Positions 14,401-24,467 of a stretch of DNA of 64,000 nt are shown piece after piece. The translations under genes and the position numbers were made by a program. Within the stretch, counting starts at the first letter, position 1. Each line of letters begins with the position of its first letter. The notes under the pieces were generated by a model. It made no database searches. It had not been told where the DNA came from and saw nothing but the letters and a program-made list of their open reading frames with translations. The DNA lies in NCBI GenBank assembly GCA_051294375.1, contig CM119263.1, positions 23,916,423 to 23,980,422 of the forward strand, read 5' to 3'. The DNA is from Paraspadella gotoi. Taxonomy: Eukaryota; Animalia; Chaetognatha.

Positions 14401-14895
14401 GCTGCAATGGAAGATCATGACGAAGTTGTCAAACTGCTTGTCGAAGCGGGGTCTGTATTAACAGAAAAAGAGCTGAAAGAATTTGATGAATTACTAAAAG
14501 CATTGACTACATTGCTAGAAAATTCTCGTTCGCGTGACGAATTTATTGCTCATGCAAGAACAGCACTAACTGGAGTTGCTGCTGTAGCAAGCATTAGTGC
14601 GTCAATTGGATTAGCAGCTACTGGTTTTGGTGCAGTTATAGTAGTTCCGATGCTTTTATCTGGGATTTTATCTGGAACTGCTTTCGCTTGGTCGGCAAAA
14701 AAAACAATAGAATACATATTAAAATGGCGCAAGCGTATAGAAAAAATAAGAATATTATTGAGAGAAGGAGGAAGCATAAATGTTGATCTGTTATTTGATG
14801 AAGCATCACGGTTGAACGAAACAATGAAGCCAACAGTTTATGATATTATAGCAAATAAAGAAGAAATTCACAGAACACTTCTGACTGTTTCTTGA
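11410..14895 (+). CDS. STAND (NB-ARC/AP-ATPase-like) P-loop NTPase, NLR-like, with N-terminal permuted NlpC/P60-like domain, C-terminal ankyrin repeats and hydrophobic hairpin
   Basis: Uninterrupted 1161-aa ORF. NB-ARC motifs occur in canonical order: Walker A VNVYGEIGCGKST (G316), Walker B MIFLDNLE, sensor-1-like VIIITSQ, RNBS-C-like IKLHTFDEKECHEFL, GLPL-like IASYCNNNPLYL, MHD-position KYRMNIFV (M638). Two ankyrin repeats from about aa 958 (GSSALHLAAYLGNTTLTEFLIHIGANVN; LSPLHYAAMEDHDEVVKLLVEAGS). N-terminal AHEVIV...SLEKN...YRLDDCNCQDF. Hydrophobic segment near the C-terminus. Confidence 0.85.
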   Translation: MACSLEESESETHQSEYLKPYLLILESKRPFPPEKDVIKRISEIGGLEYSLDFNVKLKSNSLIIHIKNADAYDMIQSGVEKAFCKESVTFLLNYKFHDFVLDHTQSLSSVDEVANAIIRIIPKDSKLFHLQRFCVPLRQKILFHRIKLGKNKRLAHEVIVLGFRASKDEIYFLSLEKNRSSILTQVSRSLFDLINKQVHINRNGYKEHKEQNFARVEASYLNFPQSMPNIHSFLKKWNSFKNLKTLENIYRLDDCNCQDFVRSIWKLIKDDLPNHTWPSQNQFSNHIETKNDTAIHKKCSKIFSENSGNCLVNVYGEIGCGKSTAVLKTLHPENVAFNFTIQLHLDLGHLNSLKFSSASDFSAFVATNLNRVVDNNPKKEKPICLKANSMIFLDNLEHRPEKSTDILKKISTTDKAVIIITSQQNLFFDFKRISPDLVSEENCIKLHTFDEKECHEFLRKRFSMLQNLSSHHLGKIASYCNNNPLYLSFAVPFLSRCLKDEIYDKSPILIDKLIEKSFKEFFFSSSDSRRELSISKVLDYIKKHNIEEWLILEAASLLNGEFELKDFEVFFYIDKTIEMIKNTKFWPNLFIQNEIFKKGSLLEDLIKKFHLSQSLRNTMDILVQKNFLQKVSANKYRMNIFVKVECLKRITSNPFDDYKQQFVLTTFKQSAEASNPSSYLQACKNTEFLIAALKGQVVDDKLRIPICMFKKAIESYGIFKMPHLLIIMYHMLGQTQSQMLITILKECAQTGHGILEKFLLEASKKLQEITDFENKETIEDDESLNFDIVERLHLSQLDINIFSFNYLIECYYAFYVAKSYEIDEYFEKEIKDSLQSLKGYSLEVKNEFFHLLLKIDRARQLFNYFHDENFYLKTYLEDAFKSGNKSLRSIAFQLIQDSRINIEAHCGLDLASEIITACESSSNRKIKEVTHQYGYDKILLFKFTGVQSPSKRYLLFNGSSALHLAAYLGNTTLTEFLIHIGANVNERDHSNLSPLHYAAMEDHDEVVKLLVEAGSVLTEKELKEFDELLKALTTLLENSRSRDEFIAHARTALTGVAAVASISASIGLAATGFGAVIVVPMLLSGILSGTAFAWSAKKTIEYILKWRKRIEKIRILLREGGSINVDLLFDEASRLNETMKPTVYDIIANKEEIHRTLLTVS

Positions 14896-16521
14896 GATAA
14901 AATTTTTGATTCATGCGAACTATCTTTCCATTTGTGTCAAAATTGAACACATCATTTTAATATACTTTTTTCTCAAAATTATGTAAATGTCAATGTAACA
15001 TTTTGTTTAGTTTAATTAAAACAATATAAAACTATGGTTAAGACCTTGGCATTTAAAATGTAGATTGTTGAAGGAATGATTACGAACATCTTCTATGTTT
15101 GCTCATGTGTATCTTGTTAAAAATGACTGAAAATTCACTTTATTCAATAAAACCTTTGTTAACACATGATCATGAATTTAACAGCTGAAAGTTAACATAA
15201 ACTAGCTTTGCTTGAAGGATTTTGACTTAACTGACTATTCAGTTAGCTTTGTAATTTTCTTAGGAAAGAATTATTTTTTGGCTTTGGTTACTGGCAACTA
15301 AATTCGCCAACTGCCTGAATACTAATCACTGAATTTAAGGAAAAAAGTTAGAATTATATTGGCGATCGTTGACCGCTTGAAAGAAAGATTGAAATAAAGA
15401 TCACATAAAACATGAGTTTAATTGATCATTCATAAGTTTAAAAAACATGAATAAATTTCTGTTTTTGTATAAATTTACTACAAGCTTAATTTCGACTGAT
15501 ACTCGACATTTTCTTCACAAAATTAAATTTAGCTATATAAGGAAAGACAATTAATGCTTTATTTATCAAAATTAAAAATTTTACAATTCGTCCGTTTTTA
15601 ATTTTTTTTTAATTTTCCTTTATAACTTAAAATTATTTTCTCGTTTTGAGAAGTAAAATATCTTAGCACGATTCTTGAAAAAAATGAACCAATGAAGATT
15701 CAATTAGTTATACCCCGACGAAAATGCTGAGTTAGATTTTAATAGTGTTTCTCTTCTTTTTTATTGTCAGAGACGACGCAGTACCTTTCTCTGAAGATTT
15801 CCATCTGGAACCGCGCCAAAGAATCTCAAAGAAGGTAAGAATAAGATACATATTTATTTACATTTGATATTGAAAAAACAATTTCAGTGGAAACTGAGAT
15901 TAGTACAATCAGCAATAATTAATTAAATATGTCAATGAATGATCAGTGTCCAATCTCCATGTGAATTGTGAACGAAAAAGTGAAGAAAAAAAATCATGTG
16001 CGAAAAGTCGTTGTTCTCTTGTTATGCTTTCACATGAGCACTTGTAAGACCAAGCTACTAGCGACACGTGTTTATGCGTAAGTAAAAACATACGGCAAAA
16101 GACGAATAACTGGCAAAGTAACCGTCGATAAAAATCTGATCTTTGTAAAAACTAAACAAACATATATATAACATTTGGACGAAAACGTTTTTTAAAACAT
16201 GAGGGTGGTTTAAATGTAGCTTAAATAAATAAGTAGAATCGAAAAATTACAAGTACACAATAGACTCAGGGAGTCTTGCACTTTTTGCGCTGGAGGAAAA
16301 AGCATCCAAATCATTGTCGAGGACTTAAATTTACAGAACGAATGACGACAACAAGATATCTAGAGATTCGATAAATCTTTTTTTTTCTCAGAAAGTCAAG
16401 TCTAATTGTAAATATACCGAATGCGATCTAGATATACATTAAGTAAGATAAAAACTTAATCTAACTTCATTGCGACGATATTTGGCCATCAGCATCTTCT
16501 ACGAAATGCGCCTCTTAATCT

Positions 16522-18741
16522 TTACCAATCGAGCCTCGTGTCACCGCGGCTCCACTTGTATTTTCCCCCGCGCTTTTTGAACATGTCCTCGTCGAAACCA
16601 GAAGCAGACAACGCCGCCGCCACGCCAACATCCAGAATGCTTTTGGAGGGCGTCTTGGTAAGACCGCGGTTGTCCAGAAACCTATTAGGACGAAAAAAGT
16701 TTATTACTCATGGACTACAAAATTTTTATTGTTTGTGAAACGTAGGGATAACGAAAAACCTTAAAAGTAATCGTTATCTTATAACTTATCTTATATCTTA
16801 TAATTTAAATCCAGGTTTTATTACTTTTGCTGGAAATCATAGGCTTTTAAGACCTCAATTAGCATTTCGCATTTCCTATTACCTACCTCATGTATTCGTC
16901 AAGGATGAGATAAGAGTTTCTCATGGCTTCGTTAGACTCTGGAACAAAACAATGGAGACGCCGGTGTCGGTCGCAAAAGCGTTGGAACGCTTCGTCGGAA
17001 ATGGCCATTGAGGCAGCTTGACGAAGCGCGTCCTTCCCGACGTTTTCTCCCTCAATTAGGAGGCATTGGAAGACCTAATGATGGAGCGGAGTTTTTGACT
17101 CTTTCTTTTCTTTCCTTTCTTTCCTTCTTTTTTTCTTTCTCGTTTTCTATTTACCTTCCAACGAACGGGCTCCAGTCGTTCGATGGCGTCTGTCATGTCT
17201 TCGTCGACGTTGTGAACTGTGATGACGGAGTTGATCTTGAAAAAAACTCCGTGTGTGTGACACCAACCGCGCACGCGCTCCATGATCTAAAACATGTTAT
17301 GAATAGAATTTAACCTTTTATAAATATCTTCGTAATACACGCCAGGTTTTTTGGTAGAAAATAAAACTCAAATTATTTCTCGAAATAATTTCGGTGATAT
17401 TTCAAAGATTCAATTTAAAGACTTCATTGTGTCGGAGACAATATTGTGGACAATCTCAAAGACTTTAAACTTACCGATGCATATTATTATTAATCATTGT
17501 TTACTTGATTCGTGTCTATTTATATTATTGTTTCCCTTTCAGCCCTGTGAGCATCGTGTGTTTATTATCATAGAAAGTACGTGTTCCCCCTATCAATTAC
17601 GGGGCCGTCACCTTACCCTGAAATCGATCCATACTCGCCACACACCTGCAAATGGTTTTTCCCTTTGGAGTGGCGCCCGATTTTCCTGTTGACGTCTTCA
17701 TCGAAAGAGTCGCAGCTGACGGCGAGGATGTCTAGAAATTCTCCGTAGTCCTCGAACCATTGCTGAAGAGAGGACGAGAAAGTGGTATCGTTAAATTACG
17801 ATCGCGGGATTAAACACGGCGCGTTCCGTTGGCGTCACCTCCGTGATCAACGAGCCGTTGGAGACGATGGAGACGCTTTCCATCCCAAGTTCCTTCTTGC
17901 AGAACTTGACCAACTCTCCGAGGAACTTTCCGCGCTGAACGAGGAAAGGTTCGCCGCCTTCGGATCGGAAAATAAAAAAAATTTACTGATCGACACTAAC
18001 GCAAAGAAACAAAATAAGTTGAGTTTCCCGTAGAAGGATTTCTGGTATCTTCGAAAGACCTTTGAATAAATCTTACGTCCGTGTTCTCTTACAAGTAAGC
18101 TTTTAGAAACGATTATTCGTATTCAATTAGCCTCACATCTCTAAACCGACCTGAGAATCTTTCCCTCAAAAACTGTTCAGTTTTCAGACATTTCAAATTA
18201 TCGGCGAAATGCTCTTCGATGCCCCCTTGTCGTATGACGGAAGCAGCAAAGGAGACAGGGTTTGTGCGTGTTTTAGTCCGCTGCTTCTGGAGCCGCAGCA
18301 AGGGGGCTTCGATGAAAAAAAAAATTATCAATCTCTCGATTTACCCGAGAAGTTAATTTTCTTCATTCCCGCTTCGACGAGCTGCTGCAGGCCGCGTTTG
18401 GCCTCCTCCAGCGGCAGCACGAACGACGTCAGCGCCGTGTGGAAACAAAATCCGCAGGCGTAGTTGCATTGTCGCGTCAGGTGGTAGTTGACGCTCTCAG
18501 GGACGGGGTTGCCTGGCAACGCTGAAATAATGTAACAAAAATAAAAAAGTTATGGCAATAGAAAAAAATAATAATAATAATTTAAAAAAATATAAAAAGC
18601 GTTTTCAAAGTGTCTCACCCTCCAAACTAGACGCGGATATTTGTCATTCTTTCTCTGGACCCTTATTCCGATTAACTCGGCGAACCACTTGAAGTAGAAG
18701 AATACGAGACCAAATAAATATCCGATGATGGAAGTCTCCAT
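16522..18741 (-). CDS. RSAD2: Viperin, radical SAM ddhNTP synthase (RSAD2), 7 coding exons
   Basis: Exons on the minus strand, all GT-AG: 18741-18619 (hydrophobic N-terminus; phase problem, see findings); 18521-18345 ([25 protein letters not shown]...KINFSG, CxxxCxxC); 17957-17839 (GEPFL...[13 protein letters not shown]); 17762-17646 ([21 protein letters not shown]); 17286-17155 (FKINSVI...PVRWK); 17074-16887 ([11 protein letters not shown]...[20 protein letters not shown]); 16681-16522 (FLD...SILDVGV...[25 protein letters not shown]). Phases of exons 2-7 are consistent and the conserved terminal Trp is present. Confidence 0.97.
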
Positions 18742-20676
18742 TTTCGGTCGATAATATGTGATATATATATATATCTTATGGAATTCGTGGAGAAAAAAGT
18801 AATTAGTTTTGTTTGTTTAATAAGATCGTCTCTGTAGGTCTGATATTCTGAAAATAATCTATGATGGAAAACCCTTGTTTCATGACAAAATCCGCGGCTG
18901 TTTGAAATTTATCGGTATTATTATTTCTGAGAAATGTTGAAAATCGAGATTTCTGATATTTGTTGAATGGATTAATTTTCTTATTAGAGATTAGGTTAAG
19001 TGAAAGGCAGATATCTTTCTCCAACCCAATTCAAGTTTTTATGAAACCGGAAAATTGTTTGGCAGGTTTTCCCTTATTCTTCACTTTGTAATTTTTTTTT
19101 TTTAATTAGATAGTCATTTTTTCAGACAGAATGTTCTTTAATAATACTATTAATTTTATTAACTCTACGGTATTTATGCGAGTTATTGTTGTCAATCGTC
19201 AATCGTTAAAAAGTTTTATAACTTCTTCATCTATTACTTATAAAAATAGTAAATAGTTCTTTAGTTAAAAAACAAAAGTCAAAGCCACCTGCATCATTCC
19301 GACCTCTAGCATAACTGTGCAAAAACAAAAAGTATATTCGGTAAAGAAAACAAAAGATTTAGATCAATTATTTTATGCTATTGATTAAATAATGTGATTA
19401 TGAATTATCGGCCTTATTAAATTAGTCATAGATATTTAATTATTTTTTAAACATAGTTTCCCATAAGGCCATTCATATTTTTAACTATAACTACTTCAAA
19501 TAAAGTAAGTTTCGGCACTCTGGTTATTGATGCTACCGTAAAATTTTACATGGTTAACTGTTTATAAATTTCCCAACTAACGATATTTTTGTTCACACTT
19601 TTGTAAAAAGCTTTTTAAAATCTTTTCCATCCTCTTTCGCGATCTCAAGTCTTTATCGCGACAGCCCTTATAAGTTGATTCAAACCGGAGTGTGACTACT
19701 ACATGGTCCCCCGCAAAAGAGCGTGATGCAAAAAGGATCTAAGATGCAAGTGTGCTGCTCCGCTGCTTTCGTTTCCTTCCTTGTCGAGCGAGGTCTCTCA
19801 TGTCTTCGGGCCTTATTTGGATATTCCCGGAAAATAAAAGGGCAAAGGAGATAAGAGTAGCCTTTTTTTTCTTCAAATGATGAACATTTTTGTTTCCCGC
19901 TTTTCTTTGTCAGTTCGGCTTTCTCCATTGTTATTTTTTCATATCCCTTTTTCTTGTCTCGCTTTTTATAATTATTTTTTTTTGGTTCTTTCTTTCTTTG
20001 TTTTTTCTTTCTTTTTTTCTTTTTTTCTTTCTCTCTTTCTCTCTTTCTCTCTTTCTCTCTTTCTCTCTTTATTTATTTCTTTCTTTATTTCTTTCTTTTT
20101 CATTTCTTTTTTTTATTCGTCTTTTTTTCTCTCGTTCTTTCTTTCTTTTTATTATTTTTCTTTTTTTTTCTTTCCTTCTATCCTTTGCTCGAACATTTTT
20201 ATTTGGTATCTCTACTTCTCGATATCTTCCTTCTTGACTTCTGCTCGCGCCTCTTTTCCTGTCTTCCCTTCTCTTTTCCTTTTTTTTTTTTTAGCGAAGC
20301 GTTATTGCAAGATATGGCAGCATATCTTTTTTTTCCCAGCACATTCTTTTTTTTTCTTCTTCTTTTTTTTCCGCTCTGTGCTTCCCGGTGATGGCCGAGT
20401 CTTCTTCTCCCTACGAGGAAAAGGCGGGATGCGTTCCTTGTCTCCGCTTTATTAGAAAAAAGTCGAAGATAAAAGAAGGGGAGAAAAAAGAAAAGAAAAG
20501 AAATGAATAGAAAAGAAAAGAAAAGGGGAAAGGCGGTGAATTTTCCTTCCGCTCGTTTTATTTTAAGAAATAAAAAAAAGAAGATAAAAAATCGATATAT
20601 CGACCGTAATCCTCTTCCTTTTTAATATTAAAATGTATTGAATTTGAAATTTTCTGGTTTGACTAACAACAAGAGC

Positions 20677-20748
<72 letters not shown>

Positions 20749-21520
20749 AGAGGAGAGAGAGAGAGAGAGAGAAAAGGGGCGATCCACAAAGGAACAGCCC
20801 ATCGTAAGGAAAGCAATTTCCAGCGTGGCGGGTGATAATCAACTACGGTTTTCGATTGACGTTTGGGTTAAATAAAAAAAAGGGTTTATGGCAACATCCG
20901 GGTTGCCTGTGATGCCCATTGGGATGGGGCATCTCACTGTTGGCTTAGGGGGCTTCCGACCCTCAGTGACACCTCCAGTCACTGGCGCGGTTACCCTAAA
21001 ACGGTCTCGCTTTGCCAACGCAGAGGGAAGTCGTTAGGACTGTGATTGGAACACTACGCCTGGGATGGTGTGTTCCACCTCTGGATTTGGCTGAAGGATG
21101 GTGGACGTGAGGCGGTGTGAATATACTGCCACAGGTTTTCCTTTCCAAGATGTTATTTTGAGACATGGCACCGTGACGCGGCGTGACAACCGCTTCCTCT
21201 CGCTCTTCTTGCTAAATTTTTCCCTCTTCTCCAAGATATGAATTGAAATTAAAAAAAAAAATTTCGTTTCAAAAGTCACTACAGTTTCTGAGCCTCGCCT
21301 CTTTAAGAATCATTGCACCAGATTTATTATTCTTTTTAAAAAAGTCAAATCTGAAAGGAAAGAGAGAAAGAGAGAGAGAAATAGAGATTTAGAGAGACGT
21401 AGAATTTCGAACCTTCTTCCGAAAATTCTGTGAAATCGTTCGACGCTTGTTGACAAAATCCATTAATTCGTCTTCGTCGACCTCGTTTCTCTGGGCAGAT
21501 GGAACCACTCGATTCAATAA

Positions 21521-21571
<51 letters not shown>

Positions 21572-22518
21572 AAGAGAGCAGACGAATTTGTTTGTTGATG
21601 CCATCTTAATGGAATTCTTTTTGTTCATGGGATTTTAGGGGCGTTTCCTTATTTCTCTAATTAAAGACCCGAGAACGCCTAAGCCGAGTGAGATGCCCGC
21701 CAAAATTAAGGGCAGCTGGCCTTCTCCCCCCCCCCCAAAAAGAAAAAAAATTCATGATCCTTTTTTCGCTTCTGTTTGGCGAATGTTGTTGCAATACGAT
21801 TCTTTCCATCGATTTATGTGACGTTTTTCCTTTTAGAGTTTTTCCCCCGAAATTCAACTCTATTTCTTTTTATTTTTAAGACAAAACGGTCTCGTGCTGA
21901 TTTTGTCCTTTAAAATCGTTTCTAGCAAATTAATTGATCACTACTTTTGGTTAATATGTGCGATAATACACTACTGGACATATCTGTATCTGACCATAAC
22001 CCTTGACCATCAACAAAAAAGCTAACTAGATCAAAAAATAGTAAAAGATGAAGCAATATAGCTCGAAACGCTTACAAAATTTTAGACCATTGCTTTTATA
22101 AATGCAAAAAAAAATATTAATAATAATTAAACAAAACTTTAACGACAAACCTAAATAGTTAACGTCAGCACAAGATGAATATTTTTTAACACATCATTTC
22201 CTCAATTTATATGAATCATTTGTTTGTAATTGGTCAATTAATCTAATAACAATATGACAAATTCATTTTCAATTTTCTTTATGAATGGCAGTTTTCTCTG
22301 CTTACTCCCCTTGTGTCTAATTATATTTAATATTTTAAAGGTATTTTCAAAAACCTTATATAATTATATATTTTTCACTTTTTTTCAATTCTTTCAAACA
22401 AAAACAACATCATAAAAACATTTTAAATTAATAAAAAAAAATTGATTGAATGATTTGAAAAAAATATTTTGAAATTGAGAATAATGGATATGAGTCAGGA
22501 AAAAAATTTGGCATTCTA

Positions 22519-22565
22519 AAAAAATCAGCCTCTAGCCTTTAGATTTTTCTAGAGGCTGATTTTTT
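22519..22565. repeat. Perfect inverted repeat (17-bp stem, 13-nt loop) inside an AT-rich foldback-like block
   Basis: aaaaaatcagcctctag-N13-ctagaggctgatttttt. Outer arms gagaataatgg (~22477) and ccattattctc (~22598) extend it imperfectly. Confidence 0.8.
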
Positions 22566-24167
22566 ATTTTTTTGATATTTTAATTTTCTATGCAAAACCA
22601 TTATTCTCCAATGAGCATAGGTCGGAATGAAATTTTTTTCCCAACAATTGAAAAAATTTCAACTTTCTAATTAGGCTTTTTTGGGGGAAATAAATAAATA
22701 AATTATTATACGATGGGTACATCTGAAAGTGATATGTCTCTAAATGACAAAAAAATTTTCTTCAAGTTTTATTTTGAAATTAAATATTGTACCAACAGAA
22801 ATAAGTGAGATACTCCCGCTTTGCCGAAATTTTTATTTAACAAAGATTTGTACTGCGTAATTAAAAAAAACGTTATTTTTTTAAATAAACTTTTGAAAGA
22901 AAAGAGGTAGCAAGGTGGATGTGGTATCAAATTAAAGCCCTAATTCATGGGACACCTTTCTAAAAGATTTTTATTTAAATTAAATCCATAAATCTTTACA
23001 CAGCTTTTGTTTAAATCAGAGTTAAAAGTATAACAGTTTTTTGCTTTAAAATTTCAATGAAGACATATGAAATTTTTTCTTTTTCTTTTGTAATTTGAAA
23101 AAGGAAAGACTGAAATTACATTTGTTTATTATTAAATTTTTTTTATTCCATAAAATTGCTGATATTTTTCAGTTAAAGTAAAAAAACAAACAAAAATTTA
23201 TGTTGTAGCTTGATAAAATATATATTTAAATATTAAAAATGATAAATACAAAATGTTTTCAGCTTGATATAAACAGTCTGGACATCTACTTCTTGTCTGT
23301 GAAAAAAAATCGTCATTTTTCATTATCTTTAACTGCAAACTAAAAGCTTGACACACTGCTTGTTTATCATATTAAAGTTGTAAAAAATTATATAGCTGTA
23401 ACATATTTGACAAAGCAAAACATCATTGTGTTAATTTGTATTGATAATTATTTTTTTAAATATAGCAAGAAGATTTAATTTTATTATTTATCATCCATTT
23501 TAATTAAGAAAAAAATATTTCTCGTAATAGCCCATTGAAAAGGGTTCATTGACTGACTTAATGATGAAATTTTTAGATTTCTTTACTGCCCCCATTTCAC
23601 AAGATATTAAAAGTCATGGTTATCATGTCAATAAGTCCAGATTATCTGTACCCTTTCTGCAACCTGCATTCAAATTTTTCTTTTTTCCTTTCAAATGTAT
23701 TAAATAAAAAAATTATTTGAGAGAACAATCGGCGTGGAGGATGCCATTGGTAAGCCTTAGTTACCCCACTTCCCGATCGAATTTTTAAATGAGGTTTTTT
23801 TTCCATCTATTTGAGACATAACACTAACTATTAGTTACTATTATTTTTTTTAAATTTTTTTCTATTACAATTTTATGAATAAATATGAATAAAGTAACTT
23901 TTTAAACAAAAATTTATCAATCTTTCAACCCTATATTCAGTCATATACAAAAAAACAAAAAAAGATTTTGCATTGATATTTTGGATATCAGCATATGAAA
24001 CTATAACGTTTCAAAAATAAAAAGAAATATAATAATATTGAACAGTGAATTTTTTTTATGCACGGAACAGTAACGTTACGCCATTTTTCATTGTGTCTTA
24101 ACTCGGCGTTTCGTGGACAAGACCGAATTTCTTATTTTAGTCTCTCTCGATTGAGAATATATATATA

Positions 24168-24239
<72 letters not shown>

Positions 24240-24429
24240 CTTATTTTTTTTCTAAAAAACATTTTAATCCTTTTTTCCAAATGTGTTTCTGTCGTGAATT
24301 TCCCCCCCTTTTTTTTTTTTTTTATCAAATTCGTTGTTCTTTTTTAGGAGCGAAAAATCTCTTAATTCTTTATTCATGTCTTTCGACGCCGACAACGACG
24401 AAAAAGACGACGAAAAATTCAATGAAACT

Positions 24430-24467
<38 letters not shown>

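Noticed and set aside
11410-14895. Interpreting the ORF as bacterial contamination (endosymbiont ankyrin protein)
   Set aside because: It is contiguous with an intron-containing viperin gene, preceded by a spliceosomal acceptor-like tract, and has no neighbouring operon-like ORFs. Ancient horizontal origin remains open but contamination is not supported.
17008-18463. Plus-strand ORFs over the viperin locus
   Set aside because: Antisense to the viperin exons, with no independent motifs.
20885-21190. Mid-GC island with short ORFs (WKGKPVAVYSHRL...) vaguely like a retroelement RNase H
   Set aside because: No further conserved motifs or flanking element structure in any frame, so it cannot be assigned.
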